DNA from: an uncultured Alphaproteobacteria bacterium
GTDB lineage: Bacteria; Pseudomonadota; Alphaproteobacteria; Sphingomonadales; Sphingomonadaceae
NCBI GenBank assembly: GCA_963815345.1
Contig: CAWFGF010000002.1
Location: 484,169 to 548,168, forward strand
Length of the DNA stretch: 64,000 nt
Direction: 5' to 3'
Shown here: in pieces, positions 11,089-20,275 of the stretch
Position numbering within the stretch: the first letter of the stretch is position 1
Layout: each line of letters starts with the position of its first letter
Notes under the pieces: model-generated
What the model was told of the DNA's origin: nothing
Seen by the model: only the letters and a program-made list of their open reading frames with translations
Database searches by the model: none
Position numbers and translations under genes: made by a program

Positions 11089-11823
11089 ATGGCGCATTCC
11101 GACACCGGCTCTGGAAAATCGATCCTCCTGGTTGCATCCAATCCAGCAACCTCGCCAGTTACCGGATGGCCGATTGGCTTCTGGTGGGCTGAGCTTACCC
11201 ACCCGTGGCTGACCTTCAAGGAGGCGGGCTACGACGTGACCATCGCCTCCCCTGATGGCGGACCACTGCTGGGCGATGGCTACAGCGATCCCGAAGATGC
11301 GAGCGGTTACTCTGCCGACGATATCATCTCGCTCGGCTTCAAACATTCGGCCAGCCACGCGGCCCTACTGAAAGACACGCCTGCGCTCTCCACCCTCGAT
11401 CTCGATAGTTTCGATGCGATCATGCTTGCAGGGGGTCAGGGGCCGATGGCGACGTTTTACGAAAACACCGCGCTGCACACAGCCTTCGCCAGTTTTATCA
11501 TCGTCGGGAAACCGGCTTGCGCTATCTGCCACGCGACATGCATTCTTCTGAAAGCAAAGGACGCGGAGGGAAAATTGCTGGCCGTTGGCAAGACATGGAC
11601 CGGCTTTGCCAATTCCGAAGAGCGTGTCGCCGAGAGCGCGGCGGGACAAAAAATCCAGCCGTTCTGGATCGAGGATGAGGCGCGCAAGATCGAGGGCACA
11701 AATTTCATCACCTCGGTGCCATTTTCGCCTTTCGCGCTGCGCGATGGGTTGCTGATAACCGGGCAACAGCAAAACAGCGGCGCGGCGGCGGCACGTCTGG
11801 TCATTGAGGCGCTGGGACGTTAA
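11089..11823 (+). CDS. DJ-1/PfpI-family (type 1 glutamine amidotransferase-like) protein
   Basis: SILLVASNPATSPVTGWPIGFWWAELTHPW and a nucleophile-elbow-like GKPACAICHATCIL. GGGAGAAG lies before ATG 11089. Confidence 0.7.
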   Translation: MAHSDTGSGKSILLVASNPATSPVTGWPIGFWWAELTHPWLTFKEAGYDVTIASPDGGPLLGDGYSDPEDASGYSADDIISLGFKHSASHAALLKDTPALSTLDLDSFDAIMLAGGQGPMATFYENTALHTAFASFIIVGKPACAICHATCILLKAKDAEGKLLAVGKTWTGFANSEERVAESAAGQKIQPFWIEDEARKIEGTNFITSVPFSPFALRDGLLITGQQQNSGAAAARLVIEALGR

Positions 11824-11835
11824 TCCGCGCGGGCT

Positions 11836-12366
11836 ATGCCGCAACCATTCATCCTGACAGCCGCTCTTCCGCCCGATCTGCAAGGTTGGGCCGAGGGACT
11901 GCGCCGCGCCCATTTCCCGCCCGAACGCAATCATCTGCACGCACATGTGACGATGTTTCACTCGTTTGCGCCGACGCTGCTCGATGAATTGCTGGATTTT
12001 ATCCCGCGCATCACCAGCGAGTTCGAAGCACCGCAAGGTAATGTTTCAGGCATAATGGATTTGGGTAAGGGTACGGCCATAGCTCTCAAAAGTCCGTCCC
12101 TGCTTGCCCTACGCGCACTGATCGCGGAACGTTTTCACGGCAGCCTGACAGAGCAGGACTTGCACGAACCACGTCCCCACATCACAATTCAGAACAAGGT
12201 GACGAAGTCCGAAGCAAGGGCGCTGCAAGCAAACCTTCGTGCCGAGGTCGATGTACGTATCTCTGCGGGCCCATTCCGGTTTCCAGCGCTCGAGCTGCAT
12301 CTGTACAAGGGTGGTCCGTGGGAACTGGTAAAGCGCAGTGCCTTTCGCGGTAAATCGCGCCTCTGA
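11836..12366 (+). CDS. 2H phosphoesterase / 2'-5' RNA ligase-like protein
   Basis: Two HxT motifs (HAHVTMFH and PHITIQNK) spaced as in the LigT family. Confidence 0.6.
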   Translation: MPQPFILTAALPPDLQGWAEGLRRAHFPPERNHLHAHVTMFHSFAPTLLDELLDFIPRITSEFEAPQGNVSGIMDLGKGTAIALKSPSLLALRALIAERFHGSLTEQDLHEPRPHITIQNKVTKSEARALQANLRAEVDVRISAGPFRFPALELHLYKGGPWELVKRSAFRGKSRL

Positions 12367-12489
12367 TCGTTCAATTCAGCCACGTGCATACAAGTGGTTG
12401 ACCGCCACCCAATCGCGCCGTAAGTGCGCCGCTCGCCAAGGGTGTTGTCCAGCAGCAACCTGTCGCGGCAAACGCCCGTGGCGACTTGG

Positions 12490-12566
12490 GGCGGAGTAGC
12501 TCAGCCGGTTAGAGCAGCGGAATCATAATCCGCGTGTCGGGGGTTCGAGTCCCTCCTCCGCTACCA
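12490..12566 (+). tRNA. tRNA-Met (anticodon CAT at 12524-12526); tRNA-Ile2 (lysidine) cannot be excluded
   Basis: Manual cloverleaf: acceptor GGCGGAG/CTCCGCT, D-arm GCTC..GAGC, anticodon arm GCGGA-ATCATAA-TCCGC, T-arm GGGGG-TTCGAGT-CCCTC, discriminator A and encoded CCA. Pair 1-72 is G-U. Confidence 0.9.
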
Positions 12567-12691
12567 ATCTCGAATCCGCATGGGTTCGCTTGCTTCCGCA
12601 TACATCCGTAAAACTCAATTAAAACAGAATGATGTGAGTGATTCGCGTCCGCTTGCGTGCGCATGCATTCGCTTGAAGCCGGATTTGGTTT

Positions 12692-12743
12692 GGGGGTATT
12701 TTGGGGGTATTTTCCGGGGGTAGCGAAAAGGAGCGATACCCCC
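12692..12743 (+). repeat. Three direct GGGGGTA repeats plus one inverted copy directly upstream of int (candidate arm-type/regulatory sites)
   Basis: GGGGGTA at 12692-98, 12703-09 and 12716-22. TACCCCC at 12737-43, 1 nt before the ATG at 12745. Confidence 0.4.
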
Positions 12744-12744
12744 A

Positions 12745-13998
12745 ATGTCCTTGAGTGAGATTCAGATCAAAAAAGCGAAGGCGGCTGAGCGTCCATACAA
12801 GCTTGCGGATGGGGAGGGATTATTCCTCCTCGTGCAAAAGAACGGCTCGAAGCTCTGGCGGCTGAAATACCGGTACCACGGGAAAGAGAAGCTGCTTTCT
12901 TTCGGTGCCTACCCCGAAGTCGGAATAGCGGCCGCAAGAGAACTCAAGAGAGCTGCCAAGGGTGTGCTGGCCGAAGGCAGGGACCCGATGGTTCACAAAC
13001 CGGGTCGGGACTTCGAAGAGGCTAAGACCTTCAGGGCGATTGCCACCATGTGGCATGAGAACAGAGCAAGTAGTCTCAATCCCGCCCATGCGAAGCGCGT
13101 GTGGTCGCGGATGGAGCAGGACGTGCTTCCTGTCCTGGGCGAGCTCATGATACATGAGATAACCCCACCAGAAGTCCTGAAGGTCATTCGGAAGATCGAG
13201 GAGCGCGGCGCGCTCGACATCAGTCGACGGGCCAAGCAATGTATTGGTCAGGTATTCCAGTTCGCGATTGCCAGCGGACTTTGCGATTCCGATCCAACGG
13301 CGCATCTTCGGGGGGCTTTGAAACCACGTCCTCGGGTGAAGCATATGGCGAAGCTGCCTCTGGCACAGCTACCCGAACTCATCATGAAGATGGAGCGATA
13401 CCAGGAAGAGGGTGAGAGACGATCCGAAATTACGCGGGCGGCATTGACCTTTGCTCTTCTTACATGGGTCCGGACAAAGGAACTCCGGTTCGCCAAGAAG
13501 CACGAGTTTGAAGATCTAGTCGGAGATTCACCAGTTTGGCGCATTGGCGCTGATCGGATGAAAATGGGCCGCGAGCATATCGTGCCATTGTCGCGACAAG
13601 CCGCTTCTCTTGCTCAAGATATGATCAGCAAGTCCGAAGGCGAATACGTCTTTCCAGGCCAGAAGCCCAAGATGCCGCTTTCCGAGAATACGATGATCTA
13701 TGGTCTCTATCGGCTCGGTTACCACGGGCGACAAACTGTTCACGGCTTCAGGGGTCTGGCGAGCACCTGGGCGAATGAGCAGCTGGTCGAGGTCGGCGAT
13801 CCACCGATGTGGATCCGCCGATATCATGAAGACTGGGTCGAACTGCAATTGGCACACAGCGAAGAGAACGAGGTTCGCGGGGCATACAATGCTGCCGAAT
13901 ATCTCGCTCCCCGTCGTGCAATGCTGCAGGATTGGGCAGACTTCCTCGATTCCATCGGCGGCAAAGCGCAAAACATTGCAGTTTTGAGAGCCGCGTGA
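12745..13998 (+). CDS. int: Tyrosine-type site-specific integrase (P4-like, DUF4102 arm-binding N-terminus)
   Basis: N-terminus YKLADGEGLFLLVQKNGSKLWRLKYRYHGKEKLLSFGAYPEV. Catalytic region TWVRTKELR, HGFRGLASTW and LAHSEENEVRGAYN. Confidence 0.9.
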   Translation: MSLSEIQIKKAKAAERPYKLADGEGLFLLVQKNGSKLWRLKYRYHGKEKLLSFGAYPEVGIAAARELKRAAKGVLAEGRDPMVHKPGRDFEEAKTFRAIATMWHENRASSLNPAHAKRVWSRMEQDVLPVLGELMIHEITPPEVLKVIRKIEERGALDISRRAKQCIGQVFQFAIASGLCDSDPTAHLRGALKPRPRVKHMAKLPLAQLPELIMKMERYQEEGERRSEITRAALTFALLTWVRTKELRFAKKHEFEDLVGDSPVWRIGADRMKMGREHIVPLSRQAASLAQDMISKSEGEYVFPGQKPKMPLSENTMIYGLYRLGYHGRQTVHGFRGLASTWANEQLVEVGDPPMWIRRYHEDWVELQLAHSEENEVRGAYNAAEYLAPRRAMLQDWADFLDSIGGKAQNIAVLRAA

Positions 13999-14005
13999 CC
14001 TGCTC

Positions 14006-14230
14006 CTAGGCGGGCACCTGCCCCAGCCATTCGACGCGAAGGCGGTCGAACCCGACAACGATACCCTCTGCGGTAACCTCAAATCCAAAGTCTTCGTTTG
14101 AGGGTTCGTAGTCTTCGAGAACCCAATGATCTCCGGCATCGGTTACAATTACAGCTCCCCGAGGAAGGTGCTCGAGCCGTCCGCTGATCCTTTTCCGATT
14201 CGTAGTCATATCGAACTGTATGCCATCCAT
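14006..14230 (-). CDS. Hypothetical small protein
   Basis: 74-aa ORF downstream of, and overlapping by 25 nt, the transglycosylase gene on the same strand. No recognisable motif. Confidence 0.3.
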   Translation of the reverse strand: MDGIQFDMTTNRKRISGRLEHLPRGAVIVTDAGDHWVLEDYEPSNEDFGFEVTAEGIVVGFDRLRVEWLGQVPA

Positions 14231-14796
14231 CGGTCGATAACGCTCTTCACATATCCAGGTGTTTCCCGATTTTTCGGTATCCCGCCGGCTCGCGACACAG
14301 CGCCGGGTCCAGCATTGTATGCGGCCAGCGCGAGATGGATCGCACCGAAGCGCTCTAGCATCTGCTTCAGATACCGCGCGCCGCCATCGATGTTCTCAGC
14401 CGGATCGTGGCGATTGCGGACACCAAGTTCCCTTGCCGTTCCCGGCATGAGTTGAGCGAGCCCGGCTGCGCCAGCTGGACTGATCGCCATCGGGTTGAAC
14501 CGCGATTCCTGCCAAATCAGGGCCTGAAGCAGTCGAGGCGGCAATTGGTATCGCGCTTCAGCTTGCCGGATGAGTGGCTCATACAAGGCTTCCTTGAAGC
14601 TTCTATCGATATAGGCCGCGCCGCCATCTGGCTTGCCCAAGTGGATTGCAGTCGGGTTGAAAGCGCGCCCTTTGTCGGTTGTAACCTGAACTGTGCCGAG
14701 GTCATGGTCGAAGACCTGAAACTCCTGCGCGTGCGCGGATCCCGAAATCGCAATCGCGAGCGCACCGCAACCGCAAGCCACCAGCGACATTCGCAT
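14206..14796 (-). CDS. Lytic transglycosylase (SLT domain), secreted
   Basis: ALIWQESRFNP (catalytic Glu), AAGLAQLMPGTA and AAYNAGPGAV. Signal peptide from MRMSLVACGCGALAIAISGSAHA, with ATG at comp. 14796. Confidence 0.85.
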   Translation of the reverse strand: MRMSLVACGCGALAIAISGSAHAQEFQVFDHDLGTVQVTTDKGRAFNPTAIHLGKPDGGAAYIDRSFKEALYEPLIRQAEARYQLPPRLLQALIWQESRFNPMAISPAGAAGLAQLMPGTARELGVRNRHDPAENIDGGARYLKQMLERFGAIHLALAAYNAGPGAVSRAGGIPKNRETPGYVKSVIDRWMAYSSI

Positions 14797-14934
14797 TGAA
14801 TTACCTTTCACCTTGCCTCCATCCGCAAGAGAACATAAATAGAACGCATGGGTGTAGGAAAACGTTTTTTGCAAGTTTATCCGAGAGAAGAGGGGTTCGT
14901 TTGGAGGGGGCAATTGTGAGGCGATGGAGCTGGT

Positions 14935-15849
14935 ATGCCCGTTTCGAATTCAACCCTGTCACGTCATTCGCTCGAGGACACCGCCCGAAGGATCTGCGAA
15001 AACCGAGGGGGCAAATGGTCAGGCACAAGGGGCATGGCCTGCTGCCCTGCGCATGATGACCGCACACCTTCGCTCGGCGTGACGCTCGGCCGAAAGGCTA
15101 TTCTCTTCCATTGCTTTGCGGGCTGCGATCAGCAGAGCGTGCTTTCCGCACTGGCGCGCGAAGGATTCGAGGTGGCCAGGTTTTTCTCGGGTTCTTCAGC
15201 CGAGAATCAATTCAAGTCGACCAGAGTGGGCAAACCCTCGGCAGCAGCGTTGAGGATCTGGCGCGAAGCGGAACCATTGGGTGCCAGTCCGGCGAAGGCC
15301 TACCTTGAGAGCCGCGGCATCCTCGCCGCATCTCCGGCGCTCCGCTTTCATCCACGAACGCCGCTTGGCCCGAAAGTACGGGCCCGCTTTCTGCCCGCCA
15401 TGATCGCGGCAGTCAGCCTCGACGAGGGCCCGATCGCCATCCACCGCACGTTCCTGTCTACCGAGGCTTCAGGCAAGGCCGCTTTCGAAAAGCCGAAACG
15501 CGCGCTCGGCGCGCTCGGTGAAGCTGCTGTCCGCCTTTTCGCTCCGGCCTCCGGCAAGCTCGGCCTCGCTGAGGGCATCGAGAGCGCGATGTCGGCCTAT
15601 GCTCTCACCGGCATTCCCGTCTGGGCGACCCTGGGCAATGAGCGCTTTGGTCTCGTCAGCGTGCCTGAGAGCGTGACCGAGCTTCACCTCTTCGTCGATC
15701 ACGATGCTGGCGGCGAGCTGGCCGCGTCGCGTGGCTTGGCCGCTTATGCCCGCGATGGGCGGACGATCCACGTTCGCAAACCATCCTCACGCGACACCGA
15801 CTGGAACGATGAACTTACAGCATGGCTGCGCCGCAAAGCGGCGCGGTAG
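14935..15849 (+). CDS. Zinc-finger (CHC2-like) + Toprim domain protein, primase-like
   Basis: CCPAHDDRTPSLGV...FHCFAGCD zinc motif. C-terminal Toprim-like acidic patch LHLFVDHDAGGELAA. Confidence 0.7.
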   Translation: MPVSNSTLSRHSLEDTARRICENRGGKWSGTRGMACCPAHDDRTPSLGVTLGRKAILFHCFAGCDQQSVLSALAREGFEVARFFSGSSAENQFKSTRVGKPSAAALRIWREAEPLGASPAKAYLESRGILAASPALRFHPRTPLGPKVRARFLPAMIAAVSLDEGPIAIHRTFLSTEASGKAAFEKPKRALGALGEAAVRLFAPASGKLGLAEGIESAMSAYALTGIPVWATLGNERFGLVSVPESVTELHLFVDHDAGGELAASRGLAAYARDGRTIHVRKPSSRDTDWNDELTAWLRRKAAR

Positions 15850-15924
15850 AGGAGAGAGAGCTTCTCGAATTCCTGATCCGGCAGAGGGCCTGTCCCGATG
15901 CCCTCATCAGGAGGACGAATTGCC

Positions 15925-18900
15925 ATGTTTCAGTCAGACTTGTTTCCCGCCGGCGAGCAGATACCGGCAGTGCCCCTGGCCTTCGCCATCGGTGCCCGGA
16001 TTGCCGCGCTTCTCACCTCGGGTCGTCATCTTACCCGTGCCGACATTTCCGGGCTGTTCGCCGAAGAGACCGGCGCCCTTGACTGGGGAAGCGCCTGGAG
16101 CATCGACGACTACAATAACGCGGTCGAGATCGGGGCGCTGCTCTGGCTTCGCGAATCTTCGCGCATAGACCTGGCGACCAGCGTGCACGAAACCGAAGCG
16201 CGGTTCGACTGGCTCGAAGCAGCCTTGCCGCCCCGGCACGTTCGCAGCGAAGGACAGGTCGAGCTCCAGCAGTTCTCGACCCCGCCGATGCTGGCCTGGC
16301 TGATGGCAAAGGCCGCAGCCATCTCTGCGCACGACACGCTACTCGAACCCTCCGCCGGGAATGGCGCCCTCGCTCTCTGGGGCAGCCTCCAGGACGCCTC
16401 GTTGGTCCTCAACGAGATCGATCTGGCAAGACGAAACGGGCTGGGCCATATCTTCCCCGCGGCCACGATCACTGCGCATGACGGGGAACTGATCGCCGAC
16501 CTGCTTCGCAGCCCGGTTCCATCGGTCGTGCTAATGAACCCGCCATTCGCTCATAGCCATGAACGCGGCGAGGACCGCGAGACCGCTATGCGTCACCTGC
16601 GCGGTGCGATCCGAGCGGCTGCGAATGGGGCGAGGATAGTCGCCATCATGCCCGATGGCTTTGACGCTTCCACATTCGCCAAAGCACAGGACGAAGCGTC
16701 GCTCCTGATTAATGTCCGCTTGGAGCAGATGTTTCGCCGGACAGGGACGGGGATCGCCGTTCGCCTGGTCGTGATCGACAAGACGCAGACTGCGTCTTCG
16801 CCCGCGATCACCGGAGACACCTGCGACCTGGTCGAGCTCCACGAGCTTATCACCGCACTTCCGCGCCGCGCGCAAACACCCGCCAGCCTCCATCGCTTGC
16901 CGTTCAGCAAGCCAATTCGCCGAGTTGGCAAGACTTCGACCCAACGCACTCCGGTCCGTCCGGTGGCGCCTTTCGCAGCGACAGCAGCAGCCAAGGCGAA
17001 TGCGACCACTCTTGCCTATTCGGTCTTGGCCAACTCCGCGCCGGTACCTGAACAGACAGGCATCTACCTGCCTTACCGGCCCAGTCGCATCGCGTTCGAA
17101 GGCGCTCCGGCCCATCCCACCCCGCTCGTGGAATCGGTCGCTATGGGTTCGGTCGCGGCTCCGCAGCCGGAAGTGCGGCCTCGTCTTCCCACCAACTGGC
17201 AGGCCGATGGCCTTTTATCCGAGGCTCAGTGCGAGACACTGGTCTACGCTGCCCAGGCATTCGCGCGCGACCTACCGGGCCAGTTCAAGGTCAGCCAGGA
17301 GGGCACTGCGCTGGAACTGTCCGAAGACGGTCATGAATACCGCCAAGGCTTTTTCCTCGGTGACGGGACCGGAGCGGGCAAGGGACGGCAAATCGCAGCG
17401 GTCATCATGGACCGCTGGCTCGCCAGCGAGCGTCGCCATATCTGGATCACGAAGAACGAGGCGCTGCTCGAAGATGCGCGCCGCGACTGGGAAGCGCTTG
17501 GCGGGCTGCCGCTCGATCTCCAGCCGCTCTCGCGCTGGAAACTCGGCCACCCCGTGACGATGTCCGAAGGCATTCTCTTCGTCACCTATCCAACGCTGCG
17601 CTCGGGACGCGCTGAGGATACGCGGCTCGACCAGATCCTTGCCTGGGCGGGCGAGGATTTCGACGGCGTGATCGCCTTTGACGAAGCCCACGCGATGGCC
17701 AATGCGCTTGGGGGCTCTTCAACCCGCGGCAAGGTCAAGGGCTCCGAACAGGGCATGGCGGGCCTCAGGTTGCAAAACCATCTCCCACGCGCCCGCGTGC
17801 TCTACGCGTCTGCCACCGGCGCTTCGGATATCGCCAACCTCGGTTACACCTCACGGCTTGGCTTATGGGGACCCGAGACTGCTTTCCCGACCCATGAGGC
17901 GTTCATGACAGAGATCCGCGCTGGCGGCGTCGCGGCGATGGAGCTCGTCGCCCGCGACCTCAAGGCTCAGGGCCTCTATCTTGCTCGTGCGTTGTCCTTC
18001 GCCGGGGTTGAGTACGAGATCCTCGAACACAGCCTGACCGAAGCGCAGGTCAAAATCTATGACGCCTACGCCGATGCCTGGGCGATCATTCACCGCAATC
18101 TCGAAGCAGCGCTCGAAGCAACCCGCGTGGTCGACGAGGACAGCGGCGACACGCTCAATCGCAACGCCAAGGCTGCGGCGCTGTCGATCTTCGAAGGCAC
18201 CAAGCAGCGCTTCTTTGCCCAGCTTCTGCTCTCGATGAAATTGCCGAGCTTGATCCCCGCGATGGAAGCGGCGCTGGGCGAAGACCATTCGGTAGTCGTG
18301 CAGCTGGTCTCGACCGCCGAGGCCATGCTCGACCGGCGTCTCGCCGACCTATCCGACGAGGAACGCGAAGCGCTCGATATCGATCTGTCCCCGCGTGAAT
18401 ATGTCATCGACTACCTTAGCAAGAGCTTTCCGGTGCGTTTGATGCAGGTCTTCGCCGACGAGGATGGCAATCTTCGTTCCGAGGCAATGAGCGACGAGGA
18501 GGGCAATCCCGTTTTCTGCCCGCGCGCCATGGCCGCGCGCGATGCGCTGATCGAACAGCTCTGCGCACTGCCGCCCATCGCTACCGCGCTCGATGCGATC
18601 ATCGAGCACTTCGGAACCGAGGCCGTCGCCGAGGTTACGGGCCGGACCCGCAGGCTGGTGATCGGACGCGATGGTCAGCAATGCCTCGAACGGCGTAGCC
18701 CCAGCGCCAATGTCGCCGAAGCGCAAAGCTTTATGGAAGGCACCAAGCGCATCCTGGTATTCTCGGACGCCGGCGGCACGGGTCGATCTTACCATGCCGA
18801 CTTGGGCGCCAGGAACCAGCAGCGCCGGGTCCATTTCCTGCTCGAGCCGGGCTGGCGCGCCGACAACGCCATCCAAGGTCTTGGCCGTACCAACCGCACT

Positions 18901-20172
18901 AACCAGGCATCCGCGCCGCTGTTCCGCCCGGTTACCACAGACGTAAAGGGCGAACGCCGGTTCATCTCGACCATTGCGCGAAGGCTCGATGCATTGGGCG
19001 CGCTTACTCGTGGCCAGCGCCAGACCGGCGGACAGAACCTGTTCGACCCGGCAGACAATCTCGAAAGCGACTACGCGCGCGAAGCGCTCAGCCGCTGGTT
19101 CCAGCTGCTCTATGACGGCAAGCTCGAGGCCACGAGCTTCGGCAATTTCGTCGAGCGGACCGGCCTCCGACTTGAAAGCCCCGATGGCGGATTGACCGAT
19201 AATCTCCCCACGATCCAACGCTGGCTCAACCGCATTCTCGCGCTGCCGATCGCGCTCCAGAACGCCATATTCGACGAATACCTTGGTCTCGTCGAAGCGC
19301 GGATCGAAGCTGCGCGTGAAGCCGGAACGCTTGATCAGGGACTGGAAACCGTGAGGGTCGATCGCTTCACGGTCCTCGCCGATGAACTCCTGCGCACAGA
19401 CCCCGTGACCGGTGCCGAGACCCGTCTCGTCTCGCTCGAAGTGACGAAGCACCTTCGGCCTCTGCGATTGAAGCGCCTGGTGCGGATGCACGAGATTGGC
19501 AGTACGCACGCGATCCCGATGCGCAATGCGCGCTCGGGCAAGGTCGCGCTGTCGGTTCCGACCCGCCGCCTCATCGCCGACGACGGGGCAGTGATCGAAC
19601 GCCGACGCCTTTTGCGCCCGCTCAACTCCGCGAACTGGACAATCGAGGCACTCGCTGAAAGCCACTGGGAAGATATTGGCGTCACCGCATTCACGAGGGC
19701 CTGGCGTGCCGAGGAAGAGCAAGCGGCCAAGTCACCGGTGACCGAGCGCGTGCATCTCGCCACCGGACTGTTGCTTCCGGTCTGGAAGCGCCTGCCAGGC
19801 GATCATGTCCGCGTCACCCGGCTCGTTGCCGAGGACGGTCAGTCGATCATCGGCCGCGAAGTGCTCGATGTCGATCTCGCCGCAATCGCCGAGACCTTTG
19901 GCCTTTCCGGAGTTGCCGGACCATCGGCTGAGCAGATCGGCGAGCTCGTCATCGCCAGCGGCAAGCCGCTGGGCCTCGCAAGCCACGATGCCTTGACCGT
20001 CAAGCGATCACTGGTCGGCGGCGAGCAGCGCCTTGAACTGACCGGTTTCTCGCCGGATCGCCTCGACTGGTACAAGGGCAAGGGCTGCTTCACCGAGATC
20101 ATCCGTTACCGCACGCGGCTGTTCGTGCCAGTCTCCGCAGCCTCGTCCGTTCTTCCCACGCTTGCCGCCTGA
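15925..20172 (+). CDS. Fusion of an N6-adenine DNA methyltransferase and a strawberry-notch/SF2-like helicase (about 1415 aa)
   Basis: MTase motif I LLEPSAGNGALAL and motif IV VVLMNPPFA. Helicase Walker A GDGTGAGKGRQIA and motif II VIAFDEAHAMAN. AGGAGG lies 10 nt before ATG 15925. Confidence 0.8.
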   Translation: MFQSDLFPAGEQIPAVPLAFAIGARIAALLTSGRHLTRADISGLFAEETGALDWGSAWSIDDYNNAVEIGALLWLRESSRIDLATSVHETEARFDWLEAALPPRHVRSEGQVELQQFSTPPMLAWLMAKAAAISAHDTLLEPSAGNGALALWGSLQDASLVLNEIDLARRNGLGHIFPAATITAHDGELIADLLRSPVPSVVLMNPPFAHSHERGEDRETAMRHLRGAIRAAANGARIVAIMPDGFDASTFAKAQDEASLLINVRLEQMFRRTGTGIAVRLVVIDKTQTASSPAITGDTCDLVELHELITALPRRAQTPASLHRLPFSKPIRRVGKTSTQRTPVRPVAPFAATAAAKANATTLAYSVLANSAPVPEQTGIYLPYRPSRIAFEGAPAHPTPLVESVAMGSVAAPQPEVRPRLPTNWQADGLLSEAQCETLVYAAQAFARDLPGQFKVSQEGTALELSEDGHEYRQGFFLGDGTGAGKGRQIAAVIMDRWLASERRHIWITKNEALLEDARRDWEALGGLPLDLQPLSRWKLGHPVTMSEGILFVTYPTLRSGRAEDTRLDQILAWAGEDFDGVIAFDEAHAMANALGGSSTRGKVKGSEQGMAGLRLQNHLPRARVLYASATGASDIANLGYTSRLGLWGPETAFPTHEAFMTEIRAGGVAAMELVARDLKAQGLYLARALSFAGVEYEILEHSLTEAQVKIYDAYADAWAIIHRNLEAALEATRVVDEDSGDTLNRNAKAAALSIFEGTKQRFFAQLLLSMKLPSLIPAMEAALGEDHSVVVQLVSTAEAMLDRRLADLSDEEREALDIDLSPREYVIDYLSKSFPVRLMQVFADEDGNLRSEAMSDEEGNPVFCPRAMAARDALIEQLCALPPIATALDAIIEHFGTEAVAEVTGRTRRLVIGRDGQQCLERRSPSANVAEAQSFMEGTKRILVFSDAGGTGRSYHADLGARNQQRRVHFLLEPGWRADNAIQGLGRTNRTNQASAPLFRPVTTDVKGERRFISTIARRLDALGALTRGQRQTGGQNLFDPADNLESDYAREALSRWFQLLYDGKLEATSFGNFVERTGLRLESPDGGLTDNLPTIQRWLNRILALPIALQNAIFDEYLGLVEARIEAAREAGTLDQGLETVRVDRFTVLADELLRTDPVTGAETRLVSLEVTKHLRPLRLKRLVRMHEIGSTHAIPMRNARSGKVALSVPTRRLIADDGAVIERRRLLRPLNSANWTIEALAESHWEDIGVTAFTRAWRAEEEQAAKSPVTERVHLATGLLLPVWKRLPGDHVRVTRLVAEDGQSIIGREVLDVDLAAIAETFGLSGVAGPSAEQIGELVIASGKPLGLASHDALTVKRSLVGGEQRLELTGFSPDRLDWYKGKGCFTEIIRYRTRLFVPVSAASSVLPTLAA

Positions 20173-20275
20173 TCGCTCGGGCCGACCCCAACTCAGAATG
20201 AGAGTGGAGGGAGCCCTTTGGGCTTGTGGGCCTCGTGATCCTCACCTGCGCCTTCATTCCATCAGGAGAACACCC

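Noticed and set aside
18349-19722. 457-aa ORF on the - strand, plus similar long antisense ORFs at 6090-6806, 9085-9690, 16531-17115, 21365-22294, 34092-35420, 36111-36770, 55922-56905 and 57669-58370.
   Set aside because: Each lies entirely inside, and antisense or out of frame to, a gene with clear family motifs. The translations are Arg/Ala/Gly-rich and low-complexity, as expected for shadow ORFs in high-GC DNA.
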